Positions 9,042 through 17,739 of a stretch of DNA of 64,000 nucleotides are shown piece by piece. The notes under the pieces are model-generated. The model ran no database searches, was not told the origin of the DNA, and was given only the letters and a program-made list of their open reading frames with translations. The stretch lies in contig CAYPFW010000003.1 in NCBI GenBank assembly GCA_964410585.1, positions 52,465-116,464 on the forward strand, given 5' to 3'. This DNA is from an uncultured archaeon. GTDB taxonomy: Archaea; Aenigmatarchaeota; Aenigmatarchaeia; QMZP01; JACQNV01. A program made the translations under genes and the position numbers. Numbering within the stretch: the stretch's first letter is position 1; each line of letters begins with the position of its first letter.

Positions 9042-10610
9042 TTATTCAGCAAGTATTGGGAGCTTGACTTTATGTGATTCCTGCTGTTTTTCAACTTCAG
9101 GCTGTTCCTGCCATTGCTTTTTTATTCCATATATCTGTGCCATTCTCTTAAAGAATATTGCTGCTGATTTTGCTGTTCTTATACCCTCTGATGGGCTTTT
9201 AATAGATTGAACAGCTTTGTGTAAAATATATTTTGGGTTTGAGTAGTATTGCTTTAAGGCTATATCAGCCCATTTTACCAAATCTTGGTTTGTTAAACCT
9301 GGCCTACTAATAAGTGTATTGTGCTTACCCTCATCATCTACCCATTGATCATAATCAGTTGTTGTCAAATAACCGCTTTCTTTGGCCCATGAAAATGTTG
9401 AGGTTCCAGGATATGCCATTAGAGGGAAAAATTGTGCTGTATCTGGTAGAAGTTTCTTAGCAAAATCTATTGTATGTTGTATCCTTTTTTCATCATCGTT
9501 AGGAAGACCTAAAATGAAACAACCATTAATAATAAGACCTGTCTTACGAACATCTTCCATAAACTTCTCTTGCATTCCAGCTGTTGTTCCCTTTTTTACA
9601 GAATTAAGTTCGTCTTGTTCTGGAGATTCAAAGCCAACACACAGCAACCTACATCCTGCCTTTTTCATCCACGAAAGTGTTTCATAATCTGTATTTACAC
9701 GAGCATTGCAAGACCACTTAATTTTTATGCCTCTATTTACTATCTCTTGACACATTTCTATTGTCCTTTGCCTGTTTAATGGATATGTATCGTCTTCTAG
9801 TTGAATTTCGCTAATAAACTTAAGCTCATTTGCTATGTATTCGAATTCATCTGCTACATTTTTAGGCGAACGGAAACGATAAGAAGATTTGAAAGGTATG
9901 TGACAGAAAGAGCACCTATAAGAACAACCTCTTCCTGTAAGGATTGTTACTTCGGGCCAAGTAAGAGAGGCATAGAAATATTTCTTCATTATTTTTTCGC
10001 CTAATTGTTTATAATAAACCTCTGAAACAAACGGAAGTTTGTCCAAGTCCTCAATTAGCGGTCTTGGAAGTGTATGAACTATTTTGTCGTTATCCCAGAA
10101 AACAAGACCCTTAACATCATGCAACGGCAAGCCAGCCTCTAAAGTTTTAGCTAATTCTAAGGCCGTTTCATCTACTTCCCACATTATTACGGAATCTACA
10201 ACACCCTTCCCATGGTTTAATGTTTCATCAGGTACATGAGATGGATGAATACCCATAAGAGAAATATGTACTCCTGGGAGGGCGGTCTTTATTTTAGCTG
10301 CTTGTCTGATATCATTCAAAATAGAAGGAGTTGATGTATCCATTACGATAAGACCTGTACCATCTGTGAAATATTGCTTACACTGTTCAACAGTATAATC
10401 ATGCGTCCATTCAGATGCAACAGCATCGACTAGCCATGTTTTAAAACCGTTTTTTTCTACCCATCCAGCTCCATATGCAAGGTAGTATGGATGATAAAAA
10501 GTTCCACCGTTTGTTACACATGGAGAACGTGATTGTCTGGAGTACAAATTCAAGAGTTTTCCATTCCTTTCAAAAGATGGGTTGAGCATTAATACTTTCA
10601 TAATGAACAT
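9042..10610 (-). CDS. Cobalamin-binding radical SAM protein (HpnJ-like/class B)
   Basis: GRGCSYRCSFC (CxxxCxxC); N-terminal B12-binding-like domain (PYYLAY, GIHPS); VGFES; FILGLP. Confidence 0.85.
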   Translation of the reverse strand: MFIMKVLMLNPSFERNGKLLNLYSRQSRSPCVTNGGTFYHPYYLAYGAGWVEKNGFKTWLVDAVASEWTHDYTVEQCKQYFTDGTGLIVMDTSTPSILNDIRQAAKIKTALPGVHISLMGIHPSHVPDETLNHGKGVVDSVIMWEVDETALELAKTLEAGLPLHDVKGLVFWDNDKIVHTLPRPLIEDLDKLPFVSEVYYKQLGEKIMKKYFYASLTWPEVTILTGRGCSYRCSFCHIPFKSSYRFRSPKNVADEFEYIANELKFISEIQLEDDTYPLNRQRTIEMCQEIVNRGIKIKWSCNARVNTDYETLSWMKKAGCRLLCVGFESPEQDELNSVKKGTTAGMQEKFMEDVRKTGLIINGCFILGLPNDDEKRIQHTIDFAKKLLPDTAQFFPLMAYPGTSTFSWAKESGYLTTTDYDQWVDDEGKHNTLISRPGLTNQDLVKWADIALKQYYSNPKYILHKAVQSIKSPSEGIRTAKSAAIFFKRMAQIYGIKKQWQEQPEVEKQQESHKVKLPILAE

Positions 10611-10707
10611 TAAGGTGTATACTTAAATATTTAGACCTATATCCTGAGTTTACTATACTTTTTAATACTTATCGTTGACTATTTATAAATTTACCAATTT
10701 TATACGT

Positions 10708-11298
10708 TTATTGTAGTAATTTTTCTAATTCCTCCCTTAATTTTTCAGCACCAGTAAATTGTAAACCCCGAATACCACTGGTTCTTGCACTATCTAGATT
10801 TTCTAGACTATCATCAACCAAAAGAATATCTTTAGGCTTTATATCTAATTTTTTTATTATAAAAGGAAAACAGTCAGAATCTGTTTTTAGTTTGTGTGAT
10901 ATATGCGATCTAAAAATTATGCTTGAATATTCCGTTAAATCAACTAGTTGTTTTTCTCTATCTGTTTGCCACTGGTTTGTATCTGTAACAAATGCTATCA
11001 TTGTTTTTTGTAAACCTGATAAAATTTTAAGAACTCCCTTATCAACGCCGTATATATGTGAATTGTGAGCATTAACAACTTGTGAATATGTTAAAGGATA
11101 TTTCAGATATTGATCAATAAGGGTTTGATAAAAATTTTCACCAGTAATAAGACCTCTAGAGAATGCTCTATATGCACCATTTTCGAAAAAAAGACGCATA
11201 TTTTCTTTTGGTACATCATACGCTTCTAAGACTTGGTTTGTTATAGAATGATCTACTTGTATTACAACATTACCAACGTCAAATAAAATTATTTTCAT
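10708..11298 (-). CDS. HAD-superfamily phosphatase (YihX/glucose-1-phosphatase-like)
   Basis: ILFDVGNV motif I; LVDDSLEN motif IV; ATGA overlap with the upstream stop fixes the start at 11298. Confidence 0.8.
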   Translation of the reverse strand: MKIILFDVGNVVIQVDHSITNQVLEAYDVPKENMRLFFENGAYRAFSRGLITGENFYQTLIDQYLKYPLTYSQVVNAHNSHIYGVDKGVLKILSGLQKTMIAFVTDTNQWQTDREKQLVDLTEYSSIIFRSHISHKLKTDSDCFPFIIKKLDIKPKDILLVDDSLENLDSARTSGIRGLQFTGAEKLREELEKLLQ

Positions 11299-12149
11299 CC
11301 TATACGTTGTCCTACTGAATCCCCCCATACCTCACCAAAAGAATTTATACCAGTCAAAACAATTGCACCCCTGGCAACGTCGAGTATTTTACCTTCTTGA
11401 AGATATTTTCTTAGAGAAGCCTCTTCTGAATCTATTGGAAATATGTCTTCATACTTTCTACCAACTGAAGTGTCTCTTAGCAATTTTGCCTTTCCTTTCT
11501 CAATCTTTTCAGACTCCACACCAGCTAATGTGTGAAAAGCAATTATATGATCACCATATCGAGGAGCTTCGACAACTCCAGTAATTTTTATATCGTTTAT
11601 ATCAACTTCAGATAAACCAAGCTCAGCTATAACTCTTTGTAGGATGATGTCTAAAATCATTTGAGAGCCTCCCTTTACTAATATATCAGGATCACCATTT
11701 TTGTCACCTGTTAATCCACAACCAAAAATCCCATCATAGCCTCCCCAGCTTGCGAGATCTTGTCTTCTTCTACTGTGAATTGATTTGCCGTCGACTGTTG
11801 TTACAGTTGACATTACACCAAGATTTGAACCCGTCTCATAGCTATCCATTTGATGATCAGCAAGCCAAGTTGCTGCTGCAAAAGTAATATAGTCTAGTTG
11901 TCTCAAACCTACAGTGGCGCCTTCTCCTGATTCTTTTACATGCCCAAAACCTATTAATTTAGCTTGTCTTAAATCCTGTCCTACAATTTGTGCATGTTCA
12001 ATTGCTTTTGCCCTTGCAGTATCCAATTTTGCTTCAATATCGTCTCTGTATATGGGATCTGGAACCCTTTCAAAATTAAGGTCGTTGACTCTGTAAAATC
12101 TCGGATTTCTCTTAGGGAACAAAATTTCCCAACCATTTCCCTTGTACAT
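11295..12149 (-). CDS. Nudix-fold protein with a degenerate Nudix box (NUDT22-like)
   Basis: LGVMSTVTTVDGKSIHSRR...QRVIAELGL resembles NUDT22-type proteins; similarity is weak. Confidence 0.5.
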   Translation of the reverse strand: MYKGNGWEILFPKRNPRFYRVNDLNFERVPDPIYRDDIEAKLDTARAKAIEHAQIVGQDLRQAKLIGFGHVKESGEGATVGLRQLDYITFAAATWLADHQMDSYETGSNLGVMSTVTTVDGKSIHSRRRQDLASWGGYDGIFGCGLTGDKNGDPDILVKGGSQMILDIILQRVIAELGLSEVDINDIKITGVVEAPRYGDHIIAFHTLAGVESEKIEKGKAKLLRDTSVGRKYEDIFPIDSEEASLRKYLQEGKILDVARGAIVLTGINSFGEVWGDSVGQRIG

Positions 12150-12191
12150 ATTATTACTTAAAGGTAGTATTTATAAATAAACATAACACTG

Positions 12192-13424
12192 TTATATTGA
12201 TGGAACAATTCTAATTTCTGGAATAGGTATGATAAACTTTCCTCCAGAGTTTATAAATTTTTTTTCTTTTTCTAAAACCTCTTTTTCATAATTGTATGCA
12301 AAAAGCAAAACATAATCCGCATTATCTTCTCTAAAGATTTCAGGCTTTACAATTGGTATACGAACACCTGGAACAAGCCTTCCCGCCCTTTCTGGTGATT
12401 CATCGACAACATAATCTATTTTGTCCCTTCTCAGCTCACAGTAGTTTAGATGAATAACTGATCTACCAGAAGCACCATATCCAACTATTTTTTTACCATC
12501 TGACCTAAGCTTGTTTATAATTTGTGCTATTTCATCGCGTTTTTTAACAACTTGTTTTGCGAACTTTTCAAAGGTTTCTTCTTTATCCAAACCTTCCTTT
12601 TTTTCCAAAGACAAAATTTCTTTAACAGATACATCTATCTCTTTATCTTGTTTTATCCTAGAATAAATACGTATAGATCCGGAATGTATTGGTATTCTTT
12701 TAACCTCAAATATTTCCATATCAAAAAGATTTAGTAAATATTGTAAAGCAGTTACAGAGTGATACATCAAGTGTTCGTGATATATCATATCATACTGGAG
12801 AGTTTTTATCAAATCCAACAAATAGTGGACTTCAAAAACGAAAACACCACTTGGTTTTAAAAGGGTTTTTATTCCCCTCATAACTTCATGCATATCATCG
12901 ATATGAGCGAAAACATTATTTGCACAGATCATATCTGCTTTCCTATAATCGGATTCTATTTGTCTTGCTATCTTTTCAGTAAAAAAATCATTGATCACAA
13001 CACATCCCTTGGACCTCGCAATCTCGGCTATGTTTGAAGCCGGTTCAACACCAACTGCTTTGAGTCCCAAATCCATAAACGGTTTTAATAAAACACCATC
13101 GTTGCTTCCAAACTCAACAACAAAGGAATTGTTTTTTAAGAATCTTTCCTTCATCTCCTTTGCATAGCTTGCAAAGTGTGCAGTCAATGTTTTTGTTACA
13201 GATGCAAGAAATCTATAATCCTTAAACAAAACAACAGAGGGAACAACATCCATTACTTGCACTTCTTTACAATTTTTGCAAAAGTAAACACTTAGTGGGT
13301 AATACGCATCCTTTTCTTGAGGTTTTATGAAGCCTCCTGCCAAAGGCATGTTACCAAAATCTAGAAACTTCACTAAATTTTCACTTTGACATATCCTACA
13401 ATTTGTTCTACGAATAGCTTTCAT
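12192..13424 (-). CDS. NDP-hexose C-methyltransferase (Zn-binding, class I SAM)
   Basis: CRIC...CKNC Zn site; VEFGSNDG; ANNVFAHI; YHEH; YGASGR; start MKAIRRTNC at 13424. Confidence 0.9.
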   Translation of the reverse strand: MKAIRRTNCRICQSENLVKFLDFGNMPLAGGFIKPQEKDAYYPLSVYFCKNCKEVQVMDVVPSVVLFKDYRFLASVTKTLTAHFASYAKEMKERFLKNNSFVVEFGSNDGVLLKPFMDLGLKAVGVEPASNIAEIARSKGCVVINDFFTEKIARQIESDYRKADMICANNVFAHIDDMHEVMRGIKTLLKPSGVFVFEVHYLLDLIKTLQYDMIYHEHLMYHSVTALQYLLNLFDMEIFEVKRIPIHSGSIRIYSRIKQDKEIDVSVKEILSLEKKEGLDKEETFEKFAKQVVKKRDEIAQIINKLRSDGKKIVGYGASGRSVIHLNYCELRRDKIDYVVDESPERAGRLVPGVRIPIVKPEIFREDNADYVLLFAYNYEKEVLEKEKKFINSGGKFIIPIPEIRIVPSI

Positions 13425-13475
13425 ACAACAACTAGGCACGGCATATTTTATATGTTTTCCATGGTCATAAGCTAT

Positions 13476-14039
13476 ATGAAAGAGAGTACAAGAAGGCAAC
13501 TTTTATTTATTAGAAAAAATTTAAAGAATCAGTATGTTTTACAAAGCAATAAATTAATAAGAGAGAAGGTTTTGAACTTAGATGAGTTTAAAAAATCTAA
13601 AATAATAATGCTATATGTTTCTACAAAAAAAGAGGTAGATACGCATGATCTAATAAAAATCTGCCTCGATATAAAAACAGTTGCTGTCCCAAAAACAAAA
13701 GCCGCAAATAGGGATCTCATACCTTGTCTAGTTTCATCGTTTGGTCACCTAACTTTAGGTAAATTTGGCATACTTGAACCGAAAATAATACGCAAAATAG
13801 AAAAGGATAAAATAGATCTTTTTTTGGTACCAGGACTCGGTTTCGACAAAAATGGTAACAGAATTGGATTTGGATATGGATACTGGGATAGGTTTTTAAA
13901 AGGCGTTAACAAAAATCGGATTATAGGTTTATGTTTTGAAAAGCAGATGACTCGCCAAATTATTCCAGAACCACACGATATCCAAGTTTCTAAGATAGTG
14001 ACTGAAAAAAGGATAATTAATTGTTTATGTCAAAAGTGA
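13476..14039 (+). CDS. 5-formyltetrahydrofolate cyclo-ligase
   Basis: EVDT, FGILEP, LVPGLGFDKNGNRIGFGYGYWDRFL and EPHD signature. Confidence 0.92.
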   Translation: MKESTRRQLLFIRKNLKNQYVLQSNKLIREKVLNLDEFKKSKIIMLYVSTKKEVDTHDLIKICLDIKTVAVPKTKAANRDLIPCLVSSFGHLTLGKFGILEPKIIRKIEKDKIDLFLVPGLGFDKNGNRIGFGYGYWDRFLKGVNKNRIIGLCFEKQMTRQIIPEPHDIQVSKIVTEKRIINCLCQK

Positions 14040-14881
14040 TTTATGGAAAGGAAACAGCTGATCAAATACTGTCTCAACTGAAAAAAGAAGTTTTAAAGTT
14101 AAAAGAATTTGGAATTTGGCCAACACTTCATATTGTTTTGGTGGGGGATGATCCAGCATCAAAAACATATGTCTCTGTAAAAGGAAGGAAATGTAGTGAA
14201 GTTGGAATAAATTTTGAACTTGAGGAATTTCCAAGCTCAATAACTGAAAAGAATTTAATAAAAAGGATAAAAGAATTAAATGAGAATAAAAAAGTAAATG
14301 GTATAATAGTACAATTACCTCTCCCACCTCATATAGAAAAAGATAAAATTTTAGAAACAATAGATCCAAAAAAAGATGTTGATGCATTAACACCATACAA
14401 TTTAGGTCGACTTGTTCTCGGAAAAGAAGAACTGACTGCAGCCACATCAAAGGGTATAATAAAGCTTTTGGAAGCAAATGGAATTAAACTAGACGGAAAA
14501 AATGTTGTTATAATAAATAGAAGCATAAATGTTGGTAAACCGCTGATACATCTTCTTTTAAATAGAAATTCAACAGTCACTGTTTGCCATAGTAAAACAA
14601 AAAATCTGGAGATTTTTACAAAAAGTGCAGATATAGTTATTTGTGCTGTTGGCAAACCCAATTTTCTAAAAAATACTATGATAAAAGAAGGATCTATAGT
14701 AATAGATGTTGGACTTACTTATGTCAATGGAAAAGGCCTTGGTGATGTTGATTTTTCAAATGTTTCCAAAAAAGCGTCTTATATCACCCCTGTGCCAGGT
14801 GGTGTGGGTCCAATGACAGTTGCACTTATATTGGAGAACACAATCATAGCAACAAAAAAACAAACAATAAAAAGTTTTTAG
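14027..14881 (+). CDS. folD: Bifunctional methylene-THF dehydrogenase/cyclohydrolase
   Basis: YVSVK, GIIVQLPLP, KDVD, RSINVGKP, IDVG, ITPVPGGVGPMT. Confidence 0.95.
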   Translation: MSKVIYGKETADQILSQLKKEVLKLKEFGIWPTLHIVLVGDDPASKTYVSVKGRKCSEVGINFELEEFPSSITEKNLIKRIKELNENKKVNGIIVQLPLPPHIEKDKILETIDPKKDVDALTPYNLGRLVLGKEELTAATSKGIIKLLEANGIKLDGKNVVIINRSINVGKPLIHLLLNRNSTVTVCHSKTKNLEIFTKSADIVICAVGKPNFLKNTMIKEGSIVIDVGLTYVNGKGLGDVDFSNVSKKASYITPVPGGVGPMTVALILENTIIATKKQTIKSF

Positions 14882-14902
14882 AAAATATGGATTTTTAGAT
14901 AG

Positions 14903-15313
14903 TTACTTATTTTTGCTCTCAATTAGGTAGGTTTCAGCTGAATAACAGTCTGAATTTTTAGGGTCGAAAACCGTTGATCTATACTCTAAAAAAATAACAT
15001 CAGTTAATGCTTCGAAAGTATGTAAAACATTTGGCATTATAATCACTTCTGTATCCTCGTCAATAATGACATCAATTGTCTCCTTTAAGAGACCATTATA
15101 CCCCACTAATTTAGCTTTTCCTGAAACCAACAAAAATCTCTCAGGATTCTTTGAGGGATCGCGACCCTTATGATAATGATTGGCAAAAACTGTACCTGCC
15201 TTTCTTTTGTATACTGTTACCTGCACCCCTTTTTCACCCTTACACCACTCATAAACAGAGCCTCTATTGTCTGAATTTGAGGGGTTTAGCTTTTTTATTT
15301 GTATCCAATTCAT
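14903..15313 (-). CDS. Cupin-fold protein, probable NDP-sugar epimerase/isomerase
   Basis: DNRG, ANHYH...E...PNVLHTF cupin metal motifs; last gene of the sugar operon. Confidence 0.7.
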   Translation of the reverse strand: MNWIQIKKLNPSNSDNRGSVYEWCKGEKGVQVTVYKRKAGTVFANHYHKGRDPSKNPERFLLVSGKAKLVGYNGLLKETIDVIIDEDTEVIIMPNVLHTFEALTDVIFLEYRSTVFDPKNSDCYSAETYLIESKNK

Positions 15314-16173
15314 ATTATAATCATCTTTTTTATTTTAACATAACCATCATTAAAACCAAGTACAAAATTTAAACATGAAAATTCATCCCTTTTCATTGAT
15401 TTTAGTTCTATAGGCTGCAAAATTTTTGAATTTGGCTTTTCTTCTAAATCTACTTCTTTTAAAACAGCTATACAATCCCCTATTTTTATATATGCATTGG
15501 GATATGGGTCTTCTAATGCCCTTACAAAATTAAAAAAATCTATAGCAGACATGTTTTTTAATTTATCTTCTGTTACCTCACTCTCCTCCTTTTTTCTTCT
15601 CTTATAAACAGTTGCTATTTTTCCATCTTGTTCCATTGGTTTCAACTTTTTCTCCTCAAGTTGATCAAGCATTTCTATAGTTGTTTTAAGTCCAGTTTCG
15701 CCTATTCTTTTAATTATATCATTTAGATGACCTTCTAATGAAAACTCACTTTGTTTATATATTGGACCATCATCTATCCCCATTGTCATTCTAAAAAGAG
15801 ATACTGCGCTTCTTTTTTCACCATTTATTATTTGATGTTGTAGGGGGGATCCTCCCCTATATTTAGGTAATGGTGATGGATGAGAACAAATACAAACTTT
15901 ATTCTCAACAATTTCTTTGGGGACTATCCAAGACCATCCATAAAAAAGCATTATATCTATATCATCAAAGAAACCTTCCTTATAGATTTTTGTTAAGTCC
16001 TTAGGATCGATAATTCTTGTATTTTTATTCAATTTCTCTAAATTATTATTTGGAAAAAAAATTTCAGGTGTTGTCACAATTTTGGAAATTTTCCATTTTT
16101 TTTCAATAGAGCATAAACCCTTAGCAATATAATATGCCCAATCTCTCCCATCTGATAAAAAAGCTATATTCAT
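15310..16173 (-). CDS. N10-formyl-THF-dependent formyltransferase (Fmt-like, probably a sugar N-formyltransferase)
   Basis: HPSPLPKYRGGSP, GIDDGPI, FVRALEDPYPNA; ATGA overlap with the upstream gene. Confidence 0.88.
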   Translation of the reverse strand: MNIAFLSDGRDWAYYIAKGLCSIEKKWKISKIVTTPEIFFPNNNLEKLNKNTRIIDPKDLTKIYKEGFFDDIDIMLFYGWSWIVPKEIVENKVCICSHPSPLPKYRGGSPLQHQIINGEKRSAVSLFRMTMGIDDGPIYKQSEFSLEGHLNDIIKRIGETGLKTTIEMLDQLEEKKLKPMEQDGKIATVYKRRKKEESEVTEDKLKNMSAIDFFNFVRALEDPYPNAYIKIGDCIAVLKEVDLEEKPNSKILQPIELKSMKRDEFSCLNFVLGFNDGYVKIKKMIII

Positions 16174-16856
16174 GCTATAAACCTGTGACATTTAAAGCCT
16201 TCTGCTGCATCACATCCAATTTCTTTTCCTCTTATCTCAAGCCATCTCTTTAAATTTTCTCCGCTTCTTGGAAAGGGATCTGGCCTATCTTGCGTTTCGT
16301 GTAGTGCCATGGCCTTAATTTTGTTATTGATCATTTCTTTAGTAACTTCCACAAAAAAGTTTGGCTTAAATCCATGCTCAGACACCGACCATAAATATGG
16401 CTCATCATATTCTAAAACAATTGATGGCATGTGTCTTACACTTCTAGGCACAGGTCTGAGTGCGGTTATGCAGGCAGTAAAAACAGCTCTATGATCCTGA
16501 TTATAGCTGTCTCTATAAGGTATACAAATAATATCTGGCTTAAACTTTTCTACCAAATCCTCGATAGGATCGACAATATCTTTTTGATCAATACCATCTA
16601 ATCTAACAAAATTTTCGCCAACAAACAAAAATTTATATTTAAAGCCAGCAAACTTAGCTACATTTTCAGTTTCTTTCATTCTTATATTTTCGTTTGTAGA
16701 ACCTGTAACTAACTGCCTTGTATTTCCAACAACTATGTAAAAAACAAAGACTTCTGCTCCATCCTTTTTACATTTTTCTATTAAACCACCACACCCTATA
16801 ATTTCATCGTCTGGGTGTGGGGATATTATCAGAACCTTTTTCCCCTTAAAGTCCAT
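16170..16856 (-). CDS. PIG-L/LmbE-family de-N-acetylase
   Basis: SPHPDDE, NQDH, final AEGF motifs. Confidence 0.9.
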   Translation of the reverse strand: MDFKGKKVLIISPHPDDEIIGCGGLIEKCKKDGAEVFVFYIVVGNTRQLVTGSTNENIRMKETENVAKFAGFKYKFLFVGENFVRLDGIDQKDIVDPIEDLVEKFKPDIICIPYRDSYNQDHRAVFTACITALRPVPRSVRHMPSIVLEYDEPYLWSVSEHGFKPNFFVEVTKEMINNKIKAMALHETQDRPDPFPRSGENLKRWLEIRGKEIGCDAAEGFKCHRFIA

Positions 16857-16857
16857 A

Positions 16858-17739
16858 TCATCTCCCTTCGAAAACTATTTTATATTCTTTTAAAGACGAT
16901 TTTACAGTTGGCAATTTAAAGATTTCCCCCGCTTTGTCTACATTAAGTGATGTATTTTTTGGCCTTTTGGCCATCCATCCAAAATTCTTTGATAATTGTT
17001 TCAATTTCACAGGCTTGACTAGGGCCTTGTCTAAATTAAAGATCTCACAAACATCCATACAGAATTTATACCTATTCGTTACGTCAGAACAAGTAATATT
17101 GACAATACCTGTTTGGCTTTTTTGGAAATATTTTGCTATATATTTCGATAGTTGATCTGCAAATATTGGATTATAAAATTGGTCTTCGGCAACCTGTATT
17201 TCCTTTCCTTCTCTCAAATTCTTGACAATAAAAGAGGCAAAACTTAATTTTGTATTAAATGGGTCAATACCATAAATGTTAGTTCGTATTACCAGATTTC
17301 CTTTATATTTAAGAACAAACCTTTCTCCAGCCAATTTTGTTTTACCATAAACATTTATTGGATTCGTGTCATCATTTTCTTTATAGTTTCCTTTTTTTCC
17401 ATCGAAAACAAAATCTGTTGAAATATAAATAACTCTTGCACTTATCCTATTTGCTGCCTTTGAAATTATGTCTGTTGCTTGAGAATTTATTTTATATGAC
17501 TCAATTCTATGGGTTTCACACCACTCAATATCAGTTGCAGCTGCTGCATGGATTATCAAATCTGGTTTTGTTTTTTTAATTATATTTGTTATATCAAGAG
17601 TATTTGACAGATCTAATTTTAATGAGTTCTGTGTTTTTGGTTTATTATGCAAAAACGTTGTTACTAAGTCACTATCAGAAAAAAGTTTTGATATTGAACT
17701 TCCTAGTAAACCACTTCCACCAGTTAAAAGAACTTTCAT
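16858..17739 (-). CDS. RmlD-like NDP-4-keto-6-deoxyhexose reductase (SDR)
   Basis: TGGSGLLG, ISTDFVFDG, YGKTK. Confidence 0.88.
   Translation of the reverse strand: MKVLLTGGSGLLGSSISKLFSDSDLVTTFLHNKPKTQNSLKLDLSNTLDITNIIKKTKPDLIIHAAAATDIEWCETHRIESYKINSQATDIISKAANRISARVIYISTDFVFDGKKGNYKENDDTNPINVYGKTKLAGERFVLKYKGNLVIRTNIYGIDPFNTKLSFASFIVKNLREGKEIQVAEDQFYNPIFADQLSKYIAKYFQKSQTGIVNITCSDVTNRYKFCMDVCEIFNLDKALVKPVKLKQLSKNFGWMAKRPKNTSLNVDKAGEIFKLPTVKSSLKEYKIVFEGR

Noticed and set aside
9042-10610. Hopanoid biosynthesis (HpnJ, with the flavoprotein as HpnE)
   Set aside because: No squalene synthase or cyclase in the window; the context is archaeal and glycan-related
15310-16173. Methionyl-tRNA formyltransferase (fmt)
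   Set aside because: Archaea do not formylate initiator tRNA, and the gene sits inside a sugar-nucleotide operon
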